A stretch of 48,031 nucleotides of DNA, taken from Fusobacteriaceae bacterium (GTDB lineage Bacteria; Fusobacteriota; Fusobacteriia; Fusobacteriales; Fusobacteriaceae). Position 1 is the stretch's first letter; the number at the start of each line of letters is the position of its first letter. Positions 1 to 8,431 of this stretch are shown piece by piece. The notes below the pieces were generated by a model. It made no database searches. It saw nothing but the letters and a program-made list of their open reading frames with translations, and was not told the DNA's origin. Made by a program: the position numbers and the translations under genes. The stretch is from the NCBI GenBank assembly GCA_031272775.1, contig JAISTB010000031.1:1-48031 (forward strand), written 5' to 3'.

Positions 1-192
1 GCCATCCAGCAATATATTACGATTTATAACCGAGTCATTCTGAAAGCCATAAATGATATTCATTAACTGACTTTTTCCGCTTCCATTTACTCCGGAAAGA
101 ATGATTAAATCCCCTTCCAGTTCTTGATGGAATCCGTTTTTGAAGGATTTGTAATCCTGATTAAGTGTTATGCTGATTTTTTTCATACTCAT
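1..192 (-). CDS. P-loop ATPase (AAA/ABC-like, Rlo/PrrC/OLD-type context), 5' portion only; the gene runs off the window start
   Basis: Reverse-strand translation gives MSMKKISITLNQDYKSFKNGFHQELEGDLIILSGVNGSGKSQLMNIIYGF... with Walker A GVNGSGKS. Its ATG overlaps the TGA of the upstream hsdM-N ORF (ATGA). Confidence 0.55.
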   Translation of the reverse strand, partial: MSMKKISITLNQDYKSFKNGFHQELEGDLIILSGVNGSGKSQLMNIIYGFQNDSVINRNILLDG

Positions 193-500
193 TTGATTAG
201 TTTCCTTAAAAGTTTGTCGCGGGTGGCGGCGAGGGTTTGGAGATACTTCCAGCGGGCGGTGGGCGGCACATAGAAGATGTTGTCTTTGGTCAGGTAGTCG
301 CGGAGGAAGTCCTCGACTGTCTCGTCAAAGCCCTCCGCCTTATATTTGGCGAATTGCGTTTCAAAAGCGTCGGAGACATACTTGATAAAAATCAGCCCCA
401 GCACCACATATTTGTAGTCGGACGAGTTGATATTGCCGCGCAGTTTGTTGGCAGCGTCCCAGAGGGTGCGTTCTAAATTATTTTTTTCTGTTTCTGCCAT
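189..500 (-). CDS. HsdM N-terminal domain only (truncated type I restriction-modification methyltransferase subunit); no methyltransferase catalytic domain
   Basis: 103 aa: LWDAANKLRGNINSSDYKYVVLGLIFIKYVSDAFE is the canonical HsdM_N signature. The ORF stops after the N-domain and is translationally coupled to the ATPase gene. Confidence 0.6.
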   Translation of the reverse strand: MAETEKNNLERTLWDAANKLRGNINSSDYKYVVLGLIFIKYVSDAFETQFAKYKAEGFDETVEDFLRDYLTKDNIFYVPPTARWKYLQTLAATRDKLLRKLIK

Positions 501-536
501 ATTTTTTTACTATTTTGCAAAGATACACTTTTTTTG

Positions 537-1163
537 TTATTTCTCAATATCAATTATTTTCCAATAGCCATTTTTTCTTGCACCTTCGCGTTTGATAATG
601 TTTCCCTGTTGCAACTCTCTGATATGCCTTTCGATTGTCCGCGTGCTTACATTTAATAATCCGGCAAGTTCCGGAGTTGTAATTCTTCCGTTTTTTGCCA
701 TCAAATTTAAAATATTTGGTTTTATCCCGACATTTATCCCGACACTATCTTTGTTTATCCCGACATTGTTATCACTCAAAGTATCAGTTTTTTCCACAGT
801 TTTCGCGGGGAACAGTTTCGCCTCTTTGATATGCAAATATCTGTTTTTCAATTCATTGTGTTCCCCAAAAAGAAGATTGCCAAAGAATTGCATGAGATAT
901 TCGGTTGTGGCGTGGATATTCAGTTTGGCGTCATTGAAATTTGCGCGCACAAGCGCGTTACGAAAATACCACGAATGAACAGCAAACAAATCGTTATCAA
1001 CGTTGAACCCGAAAGTTCGCAGGTATTTGATGGTGAAAACTGCCGTTGTGCGCGTATTCCCTTCGCCAAAGGCGTGGATTTGCCACAAACCGGAAATAAA
1101 TTTTGAGATATGCTCCACTTCTGCATTTATTTCGGGCAAAGCGTTTGCGTATCTTTCCGCCAA
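537..1163 (-). CDS. Fic/Doc family protein, N-terminally truncated, with C-terminal winged-helix DNA-binding domain
   Basis: Fic motif HAFGEGNTRTT (HxFx[DE]GNxR) lies only about 30 aa from the start, so the N-terminal helices of a normal Fic fold are missing. The C-terminus (NVSTRTIERHIRELQQGNII) looks like a wHTH. The start is TTG and is in frame immediately after the hepT stop. Confidence 0.55.
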   Translation of the reverse strand: MAERYANALPEINAEVEHISKFISGLWQIHAFGEGNTRTTAVFTIKYLRTFGFNVDNDLFAVHSWYFRNALVRANFNDAKLNIHATTEYLMQFFGNLLFGEHNELKNRYLHIKEAKLFPAKTVEKTDTLSDNNVGINKDSVGINVGIKPNILNLMAKNGRITTPELAGLLNVSTRTIERHIRELQQGNIIKREGARKNGYWKIIDIEK

Positions 1164-1226
1164 TTCTTTAATTTTTGTATTGAAAATAGAAGCGCGGGGT
1201 TTAGCGTTTGCATTAAAGTTGGCTCC

Positions 1227-1562
1227 TTATTCTTCCAATATAGTCTTGATTCGGCATATAAGAACAGGCACGTCTTTGGTTGCGGTTCCCCATATATCAT
1301 TTATGCGTAAAGAATCATAACCGTGCGCAGTGATATCGCGAAGGCCCGTTATTTTTTTCCACGGAATGTCCGCATATTGCTGACGCACGCTTTGAGGCAA
1401 TTGCTTAACCAATTCGCCTATATTCAGCAAATTCATACATACGCCGTCTTGGGCCATTTCATTGTCCAGGAACATCTCCAGCGAGCAACCTGAAACATAG
1501 CGAATGATTCGATTTGCCCGATATATAATTTTCGTGAGCAACGCTCTGGTCAATTCATCCAT
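1227..1562 (-). CDS. hepT: HepT (DUF86) HEPN-type toxin of a MntA/HepT toxin-antitoxin pair
   Basis: 111 aa with Rx4HxY motif (RDITAHGY). Overlaps the upstream mntA by 8 nt. Confidence 0.8.
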   Translation of the reverse strand: MDELTRALLTKIIYRANRIIRYVSGCSLEMFLDNEMAQDGVCMNLLNIGELVKQLPQSVRQQYADIPWKKITGLRDITAHGYDSLRINDIWGTATKDVPVLICRIKTILEE

Positions 1563-1839
1563 AGACGCGCACCTCTTTATTGATGATCAAATGAGAATTT
1601 TCCGGTAGCGGCGCGTGAAGAACGTCGACCGATTTATTGAGTAAATCTTCAAAATCATACTTAACGCCAATGATGTCCAGCAGCGACACCGTATCAGTGG
1701 TAAACTCCACAAGCAAATCCAGATCGCTTTCCTCGGTTGCGGTTCCACTTGCATAGGATCCAAATACAGACACCTTGGTCAAAGGATAGTTTTTCGCGAC
1801 CTGTTCCGCCGCTTTTTTTATTTGCTCCAGTGTCAACAT
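1555..1839 (-). CDS. mntA: MntA minimal nucleotidyltransferase antitoxin
   Basis: 94 aa with GSxxxG...DxD NTase motif (VFGSYASGTATEESDLDLLVEF). Confidence 0.8.
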   Translation of the reverse strand: MLTLEQIKKAAEQVAKNYPLTKVSVFGSYASGTATEESDLDLLVEFTTDTVSLLDIIGVKYDFEDLLNKSVDVLHAPLPENSHLIINKEVRVYG

Positions 1840-1983
1840 GACAATACCTCGCTTTGTTTAATTCTATCAGGAATATCTTAAAAATTCCTCCCCCTTCTTT
1901 TCCAAAATTATACCGCACGGCGGCCAAAATGTCCATATTTATTTGCCTGTTTCCGTAATTTTCCGGTCGTAAAAACCACTCCC

Positions 1984-2016
1984 GACAAAAAACCCCCGCA
2001 TCCGAAGATACGGGGG
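1984..2016 (-). terminator. Rho-independent terminator following tRNA-Pro
   Basis: Minus-strand sequence CCCCCGTATCTTCGGATGCGGGGG followed by TTTTTTG, directly 3' of the tRNA. Confidence 0.5.
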
Positions 2017-2028
2017 AATTGTTTCGAC

Positions 2029-2105
2029 TGGTCGAGGCGACAGGATTTGAACCTGCGACTTTTGCGTCCCGAACGCAACGCTCTACCGGGCTGAGCCACG
2101 CCTCG
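2029..2105 (-). tRNA. tRNA-Pro (anticodon CGG)
   Basis: Cloverleaf folded by hand: acceptor CGAGGCG/CGCCTCG, D-arm GCTC-AGCCCGGTA-GAGC, anticodon arm TTGCG-TTCGGGA-CGCAA, T-arm GCAGG-TTCAAAT-CCTGT, 3' CCA encoded. Confidence 0.85.
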
Positions 2106-2215
2106 AAGGGGCAGGGCCAATTTTTCCCTGCCTTGACATTATACTAAAACATCGGCCTTTCGTCAAGTAAAAGTTTGATTTTTTGTAAACTTTTGGAAAT
2201 TTTTCCAAAAGGCCC

Positions 2216-5200
2216 CTACCGTAACTTCCAGTGGAAGCGGATTCCGCAGCTCAGATCGGTTTCTTGCGCGTTCTGTCTTCTGCCCAGCTCCACATCCAGC
2301 GTCACGCCGTAATGATCGCTCTTCTCCACGGTAAATCCCAGGCGTCCCTTGAGGATTCCCCTTTCTTTTTCAGGATTGAGAAGCTCGTCATAGTCCGTGC
2401 CGCTTCCCGCAAAGCGCACCCGGTTTGCGCGGTGATTTTCGCCGAAATCATAGGCCCAGGCGAGGGCGCCTTCCAATTTCACGGCGTATTGCCCGCCGAT
2501 ATGCGTCCGGCGCATCCCCCGGACGCCCACTTCGCCCAGTGCGCTCACGTAATCCCGGGCGTCCACTTCAAGAATCAGGGCGCTTTCCCCCAGGGCCCGC
2601 TCGCGGAAATGATCGCCCGCGCCGTAGCTGAGGTCAAGAGACGTGTAGAGGTCCAATTTTCCGTGGATACTCCTGAAGAGGGTATTTTCGAGGGTATTTA
2701 TCAGGCGCAGCTCGTAGCTGTTATAAGAGCTCTTATTTTTGTAAACTTGATCAAGCTCGAGGGTGCGCTCGGCCTCATGCCGGTACCAGCCCAGCTCCAC
2801 CCGGGAAAGAAGCCGCAGCCTGTCGTCGGCCCCGAAGGGTGTCAGTCGGTGCAGGCCGCCTCTCAGCGCGTAGATGTCCTCTTTGGATTTGTCGCCGTAC
2901 AGGGGCGCGTCGTCGAAGTCGAAGCGAGCGCCGCCGAAGCCCAGTGACCAGCCCCATTTGCCGCCGTAGCGGTATCCTTCTCTTTCTTTCATGTACAGCA
3001 GCCCGTGCACGCGGTAGTCATAGTCGTCGATGCCGTCTGTCCCGTCGCGGAACGCGCCCTGACCGTAGATCACGCTGAATTTGTCCGTATCGGCCGTGTC
3101 GTTGTAGGAATCAAACATTTCGGCAAATGAGCGGTCGAAGGCCTTTCGCGTGTGCAGCTCCCGGTTTTGGATCGTCGAGTAGATGTCGCCGCGGATCTCG
3201 CCCAGGAGCCGACCGCTTTCCCGTTCAAAGGCCGCCGTTCCCTGTGTGGCATCGATCCGGTCGAGCCGGTAATTAAGTTTTTTCAAGAGTTGCGCGTCTT
3301 TGGAGGTCCCGGTGGGATCCCGTTTCAAAAGGATGTCGGCGCCTTCCTCGATGGCCGTAAATCGCGGATCCTTCATCACAAGGGCATAGGGCTGCTTCCT
3401 CACGGTCAATGTGCCGTCGGGCTCGACCCAAGCCTCAAAGAGGGGGGAGGTCCCGATCGTAAGGGACGCCGCGGCCGTTCCCGGTGTGTCGGTCTCTGAC
3501 GCCGCTCCGGCGGGGCTTGCGATAAATTCGTCGACTGCCCATTCATAGCCGTTTCCGCTCAGGATGTAATCCGGCTCCAATTGAGCGGTTCCGCTGAGGC
3601 TCGCGGTCAGGAACATGGGGGCGGCGCGGTATTCGCTGAGAGCCAGTCTGAGCCCCTCGGCGACGATGGCTTCGGCCGCGATGGTCCCGGCTGTGACGAT
3701 GTTGCCTTCGAGGACGAGAGCTCCGCCTTCGGCGTGAATGCCGGTCGATTGGGCGTCGAGCAGGCGGATTTCGCCGTTATTGATGAATTCGGCGTTTCCC
3801 TTGGCAAAGATTCCGATGCCGCCGGCTTCCACGGTAATAAGGCCGTTGTTGGTAAATCGCGTTGTCGCCGCACTTTCGACGCCTTCGAGGTAGACGCCAA
3901 TCGCGTGTTCGCCGTTGACCTGAATCACGCCGGTTTCTGTATTTATACCGCTCGCGCCGTTTACGAGCCGGATGCCTACGGATTCCATACCATAGTACTC
4001 GCTGTTCGTCACGGATATTGTTTCGTAATTCCGAATCGTCACATTGTCGGCAGTTCCATTTCCTGCGGCATAAATTCCGATGGCGCCCATATCGACGGAA
4101 ATATTTGCGAAATTTTCAAGATTGACCTGATTGCCGCCGGAGTATTCTTCATTATTTATAAAAATGCCATAATTTCCTCTGCTTATGCTCCAATCCCCTG
4201 AAGTTGTAATTTTGCCACTGCTTGAAATCTTGTATACCTTTGCGATTGGCGCATTGTACATCCATTCCAATTTTCCGTCTCCGGCAAAATTGTAGTCTCC
4301 GTCGCGATCAAGATAAACCACAACCTGACCCGCGGCGCTTTTTTCTCCTTGCTCCTCTTTATTTACTATCATGTCAGTCGATGCTTGCCTTGTAAATTCG
4401 ACATCTATCGGTTCGTCATACCGGGGCGTACCGACATTGTCGGCAGAATTGTCGGGATTATTGGGATTGTCCGGAGTATCCGGATTATCCGGAATGCTTG
4501 GATTGTCCGGGGTATTGGGATTCTCATTGGGATTCTCATTGGGATTCTCATTGGGATTCTCATTGGGATTCTCATTGGGATTCTCATAAGGATTCTCATT
4601 GGGATTCTCATTGGGATTATTTTGTTCATTCGAATTATTCTGTTCATTCGAATTATTCTGTTCATTTGAATTATTCGGATCCTCATCCGTATCCTCATTG
4701 GGATTGTCCGGATCGTCTGGATCATTTGGATCGCCCGGTTCTTCAGGATCAACGCCGGGTTCTTCAGGGACAACGCCCGGTTCTTCGGGATCAGTTCCGG
4801 GTTCTTCTGGATTTTCAGGAACTATGCCCGGATCTACTGGATCTTCAGGATCTGTCGGATCATCCGGATCTTCTGGATTTACTGGATCATCAGGCTCTTC
4901 CGGATCTCCCGGACCAACGTTTGGATTTCCAGAATCATCCGAATCATCTTGATCTTCTGGATCTTCTGGATCTTCTGGATCTTCTGGATCTTCCGGATCT
5001 TCCGGATCTTCCGGATCTTCTGGTTCTTCCGGATCCACAAGCTCTTCCGGACCTTCAGGCTCAAGGCTGGATTCCCCCGGTTCCTCAGGATCCGATGGTT
5101 CTTCCCCCCCTACGTTGGGATTCTCCGATTCCTCAGGTTCGGAAGAACCTCCTCCGCCGGAAGGCGCCCCTCCCTCTTCGCCGGGCGTTTCGATCGCTCC

Positions 5201-5686
5201 TCCGGGCGGCCCAGTATCGGGCTTGACGCCGCCCGAGCCCCCCGGAGAGGCCGCTTCGCCCGATTTGTCCCCGGACGCTGCGGCCTGGGTCTGCGGGCCC
5301 CCAGTCTTCGCAGGCTCTTTGGCCGCCCCCTTGCCGCTTTTCTTGTTTTTCCCGCTTTTGCTGTAATAGCCCGTCATGAAAAACTGCCTGCTCTCAAAGC
5401 GGGGCTTCGCGTAAAAATCCCCCTTGCGGATCAGCTCGTCAAGTTCCAGTTGCGTTTGCGCCTTCCGCTTCCGGTTTTCTTCGATCAATTGTAAAATTTT
5501 CTCTTTTTCCCCCTGCACGGCCATGTCGTATGACGCGGCCGCCGCGGGGACGCTCTCCTCCTTTACCGCCTGCGTCGCCGCCGCAGGGCTTCCCGTCCAA
5601 AAAAATACCGCCAGACAACCTGCAATTGCCCATTTGCGCCAAAAAGAACTTCCGCCTTTCAGAATCGCGTCATGGTTTTTACTCAT
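2216..5686 (-). CDS. Autotransporter-type outer membrane protein/adhesin with acidic low-complexity repeat region, beta-helix passenger and C-terminal beta-barrel
   Basis: Signal peptide after internal M19 (WRKWAIAGCLAVFFWTGSPAAATQA). Passenger has GNGTADNVTIRN / NNGEIRL beta-helix-like repeats. The C-terminal ~280 aa show an alternating amphipathic pattern (YRYGGKWGWSLGFGGARFDFDD...GIRFHWKLR). The start is taken at M19, not at the ORF-track M1. Confidence 0.6.
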   Translation of the reverse strand: MSKNHDAILKGGSSFWRKWAIAGCLAVFFWTGSPAAATQAVKEESVPAAAASYDMAVQGEKEKILQLIEENRKRKAQTQLELDELIRKGDFYAKPRFESRQFFMTGYYSKSGKNKKSGKGAAKEPAKTGGPQTQAAASGDKSGEAASPGGSGGVKPDTGPPGGAIETPGEEGGAPSGGGGSSEPEESENPNVGGEEPSDPEEPGESSLEPEGPEELVDPEEPEDPEDPEDPEDPEDPEDPEDPEDQDDSDDSGNPNVGPGDPEEPDDPVNPEDPDDPTDPEDPVDPGIVPENPEEPGTDPEEPGVVPEEPGVDPEEPGDPNDPDDPDNPNEDTDEDPNNSNEQNNSNEQNNSNEQNNPNENPNENPYENPNENPNENPNENPNENPNENPNTPDNPSIPDNPDTPDNPNNPDNSADNVGTPRYDEPIDVEFTRQASTDMIVNKEEQGEKSAAGQVVVYLDRDGDYNFAGDGKLEWMYNAPIAKVYKISSSGKITTSGDWSISRGNYGIFINNEEYSGGNQVNLENFANISVDMGAIGIYAAGNGTADNVTIRNYETISVTNSEYYGMESVGIRLVNGASGINTETGVIQVNGEHAIGVYLEGVESAATTRFTNNGLITVEAGGIGIFAKGNAEFINNGEIRLLDAQSTGIHAEGGALVLEGNIVTAGTIAAEAIVAEGLRLALSEYRAAPMFLTASLSGTAQLEPDYILSGNGYEWAVDEFIASPAGAASETDTPGTAAASLTIGTSPLFEAWVEPDGTLTVRKQPYALVMKDPRFTAIEEGADILLKRDPTGTSKDAQLLKKLNYRLDRIDATQGTAAFERESGRLLGEIRGDIYSTIQNRELHTRKAFDRSFAEMFDSYNDTADTDKFSVIYGQGAFRDGTDGIDDYDYRVHGLLYMKEREGYRYGGKWGWSLGFGGARFDFDDAPLYGDKSKEDIYALRGGLHRLTPFGADDRLRLLSRVELGWYRHEAERTLELDQVYKNKSSYNSYELRLINTLENTLFRSIHGKLDLYTSLDLSYGAGDHFRERALGESALILEVDARDYVSALGEVGVRGMRRTHIGGQYAVKLEGALAWAYDFGENHRANRVRFAGSGTDYDELLNPEKERGILKGRLGFTVEKSDHYGVTLDVELGRRQNAQETDLSCGIRFHWKLR
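4517..4618 (-). repeat. 12-bp tandem repeat (gggattctcatt, about 8.5 copies) encoding (NENP)n inside the autotransporter
   Basis: Perfect in-frame tandem copies visible in the sequence. Confidence 0.8.
4622..4676 (-). repeat. 18-bp tandem repeat x3 encoding (NSNEQN)n inside the autotransporter
   Basis: ttgttcattcgaattattc repeated three times. Confidence 0.7.
4951..5031 (-). repeat. 9-bp tandem repeat (gatcttctg/gatcttccg, about 9 copies) encoding (EDP)n inside the autotransporter
   Basis: Direct tandem copies, in frame. Confidence 0.8.
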
Positions 5687-6078
5687 CGTTCCTCCATTCT
5701 TTTTTACCCATTTGCGCGGTTTTGTCCGCGCAATCGCCATGGTAGATTTTGTATTCCGTTGCTGTAGAGATTTATCGTGAAAAATCTATCTGAACATTTA
5801 TGTTTCAACAAAAAACAAAAAAACCGCCCGATTGATCTTCGCTTTTCCGCGGATTTTTCAACAAAAACAAAAAGTCCGCCTGAATAACGATCGCCTTATT
5901 GTGGAAACATTTTCGCCAAATGGATATTATTCACTATTATACCACGGACTCTGCCTTTTGTCACGCTATTTTTTTGTTTTTCTTCCGATTTTTGTCTTTT
6001 TGTTCCCCTCCAATAACACCAAAAAGCAATAATTCAGGACGGCGGCGTCGCCGAAATTTTTTTTGCTTTCCGAAAAAA

Positions 6079-6930
6079 TCAGGCGCTTTGTTCCGCCTCC
6101 CGGGCGTCCCGTTTGATTTCCCTTCTCCTGAGCCACAGCCAGTAGAGGATCAATACCGGAGGAAGGGATATGCCGAAGTTGCATTCGCCCAGAATATTGA
6201 AGCCCCGGTTCACGACGGGCAGAAAGGAAAAGGTCTGCCAGCTCCAGGCGAGACCCGCGGGCCCGCTTACGATCTCGAGGAGTATCGTCATGGGGAGCGT
6301 CACCATGATCCAGATTCTGGGATTTTTGACGAGCTTATGGTAGTCGAGCTCCGTCGCGATCAAGGCGATCAGGAAGAAGAGCGCCGCCAGCGTCGAAAAT
6401 ATCCGCTTTTGGCCGAAAAGGGCCACATTTTCCCGAACCGTCTCATTGTAGGGCTTCGTCAGCTCGGAAAAATTGATCGTGTGGAGCCGGATCGCGCCGT
6501 CATTTTCGTTGACCCGCACAAAGATCATGCCGTTGCGGTCGGGAAAGAGCGCGTCATACATAAAGACCGACTGCCTGAGGGGAATTTTCCTGCCGTCGGG
6601 GGCCGTGGCCTCCCATTTGCGGATCGAGAATTGGACCAGTTTTTCCTCTTTCAGGGGATTTGCCTCAAAGAAAGCCTTTGTCTGCGCGAATCCCTCGTCA
6701 AAATGCTCGAGGCCCGTCTCAAATTCCCCCCGCAGCTCCTCAAAGCGTCCGGTCTTGATCCGGGAAAAGACCGACGCCATATAGGTCATGGTCGCGGGAT
6801 CCTCAGTATATTGCGCGTTCCGAGTCCTCCAAAAATAAAAATTGGGTCCGAAAAGCGTCAGCAATCCCGTGACGCCGATAAAGATCAGCGCCGCGTAGTA
6901 CATAAATTTGCGTAATTTTGCTTCGTTCAT
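6079..6930 (-). CDS. Hypothetical integral membrane protein
   Basis: 283 aa with an N-terminal TM helix (YYAALIFIGVTGLLTLF) and a C-terminal cluster of TM helices. No recognisable catalytic motif. Confidence 0.5.
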   Translation of the reverse strand: MNEAKLRKFMYYAALIFIGVTGLLTLFGPNFYFWRTRNAQYTEDPATMTYMASVFSRIKTGRFEELRGEFETGLEHFDEGFAQTKAFFEANPLKEEKLVQFSIRKWEATAPDGRKIPLRQSVFMYDALFPDRNGMIFVRVNENDGAIRLHTINFSELTKPYNETVRENVALFGQKRIFSTLAALFFLIALIATELDYHKLVKNPRIWIMVTLPMTILLEIVSGPAGLAWSWQTFSFLPVVNRGFNILGECNFGISLPPVLILYWLWLRRREIKRDAREAEQSA

Positions 6931-6966
6931 GGCGTTTCTCCTTCTTTGTAGCGTTGTTTTCCTTAA

Positions 6967-7857
6967 TCAGGTTTGCGGCGCCCGCCGGTTCAGGATCCTG
7001 TCCCCGTATGTGAAGACAAACATGCCGACGAGGATCACGAGGCCGCCGATGACCGTGGAAAACTCGGGTTTTTCTCCGGCAATCAGAAAACCGAGGAGCG
7101 CCGTCGTAAAGGGCGGCACAAAGTTGTAATTGGCGACGGCCGTCGTCGTCTTGGATCGCTTGAAGGCCATGGACCAGGTCACATAGCCGATGAGGCTCGG
7201 GAAAATGGCCAAAACCAGCAGGATAAAAATCTGATTGGCCGGCGCGGCCCGGAGCTCGTTCAGGGCATTGGGCGCGGCGATTCCCATACAGACGGTCCCG
7301 ATCAGGATGCTGTAGGCCGTGGCGGGAAAGGCGTCGTAAGTCTCCAGAATTTTCCGCAGGAAGAGCGTCGAGACGGAGCCCGCCGTGCAGGCGAAAAGCA
7401 GCCAGAGCACGCCGGTATTGACGGAAATATCCGCCTTCAGAGCCGTTACGATAAATACGCCGGCAAATTCGATGCCCATGGCGGCGTACTGGATCAGTTT
7501 CAATTTTTCCCGGTAAAAGACCCTGACCAGAAGAGCCGTCAGTACGGGTCCCGTGGCGATAATCACGCTGACCGTGGCGGCCGTTACGGTCTTGGAGCCT
7601 TTGTTGAAGGCCATCATATAGACAAAATAACTCAATATTCCCTTACCCAGGAACCAGCCCCAATCTTTGGGCTTCGGCAACTTCTGTTTTGTCGCGATGA
7701 GCCCCGCGATCAGGAAAATCGAGGCGATCCCGAAACGCAGGAAGCCCAGCGAACGGGATGAGTAATAACGGAGCGCCAGCCGCGTAAACACATAGGAAAG
7801 CGACCAGAGCAAAACCGTAATAAACGCGAACACATGAAAATTATCCCTCCATCTCAT
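6967..7857 (-). CDS. EamA/DMT-family transporter
   Basis: 296 aa with about 10 predicted TM segments, as expected for two EamA half-domains. Confidence 0.75.
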   Translation of the reverse strand: MRWRDNFHVFAFITVLLWSLSYVFTRLALRYYSSRSLGFLRFGIASIFLIAGLIATKQKLPKPKDWGWFLGKGILSYFVYMMAFNKGSKTVTAATVSVIIATGPVLTALLVRVFYREKLKLIQYAAMGIEFAGVFIVTALKADISVNTGVLWLLFACTAGSVSTLFLRKILETYDAFPATAYSILIGTVCMGIAAPNALNELRAAPANQIFILLVLAIFPSLIGYVTWSMAFKRSKTTTAVANYNFVPPFTTALLGFLIAGEKPEFSTVIGGLVILVGMFVFTYGDRILNRRAPQT

Positions 7858-7875
7858 TTTCCATCCCCCCGCGCG

Positions 7876-8370
7876 TTAATTGACTCTGGGCAGGGCTTTT
7901 CGCTTCCCGCTGAAGTCCCTGACGACGAGCTTGTAAACGGCGGTATTGGCCAAATGAGCGTCGTGATACGTATACTCCCTGTCCACGCCCGTCTGGCAGC
8001 GCATCAGCTGGTTGAGGGCATAAATCTTGTCCGCTTTTTCCTCCAAAAATACCACGTCGCCGACGCCGATGACGCTGGCAAACGTAAAGCCGTAGTCGCA
8101 GGCGGCGTCCCCCTCTACGAGTCCGTGCTCGCAATCGACCTCAAAACAGGCGACGCCTGTCTTTTTCAGAATATCGATCTTCCTGCCCGCCCTGGCGCTG
8201 TGAAAATACAGGGTTAAAAGGCCCTCAGACCAGGTGTAGCCGTAATTGAGCGGCACGAGATACGGCGCCTCCCCGTCCGTCATAGCAAGCCGGCAGACTT
8301 TGCATTGATCAAGAATGGCCAACAAGTCCGCGATTTCCGTAACGGCCCTGTCGCTTCTGCGCATTTCCAT
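7876..8370 (-). CDS. Pyridoxamine 5'-phosphate oxidase-like (split-barrel, NimA-like) family protein
   Basis: 164 aa. MRRSDRAVTE...LVPLNYGY...FHSARAGRK matches PNPOx/Nim family hallmarks. Confidence 0.65.
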   Translation of the reverse strand: MEMRRSDRAVTEIADLLAILDQCKVCRLAMTDGEAPYLVPLNYGYTWSEGLLTLYFHSARAGRKIDILKKTGVACFEVDCEHGLVEGDAACDYGFTFASVIGVGDVVFLEEKADKIYALNQLMRCQTGVDREYTYHDAHLANTAVYKLVVRDFSGKRKALPRVN

Positions 8371-8431
8371 GGTTCCCTCCTCATGACTTTCATACGAAGC
8401 CGCCCCGGGGCGGCAGATTCAACCTCATCTA

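Noticed and set aside
4400-5110. Possible CRISPR-like array, because of the regular short repeats
   Set aside because: Units are 9-18 bp, directly tandem without spacers, and in frame within a coding sequence. They are coding microsatellites, not CRISPR.
5899-6915. 338-aa plus-strand ORF overlapping the 6079..6930 minus-strand membrane-protein gene
   Set aside because: Contains RRRRR runs and a low-complexity GC-artefact look. The minus-strand ORF has coherent TM-helix organisation and sits in an operon-like spacing with the EamA gene.
8398-8415. Perfect 16-bp GC palindrome GCCGCCCCGGGGCGGC between nnr and the PNPOx gene, considered as a terminator
   Set aside because: No flanking T-run on either strand. 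More likely a stable hairpin or protein site of unknown role, and too little evidence to call.
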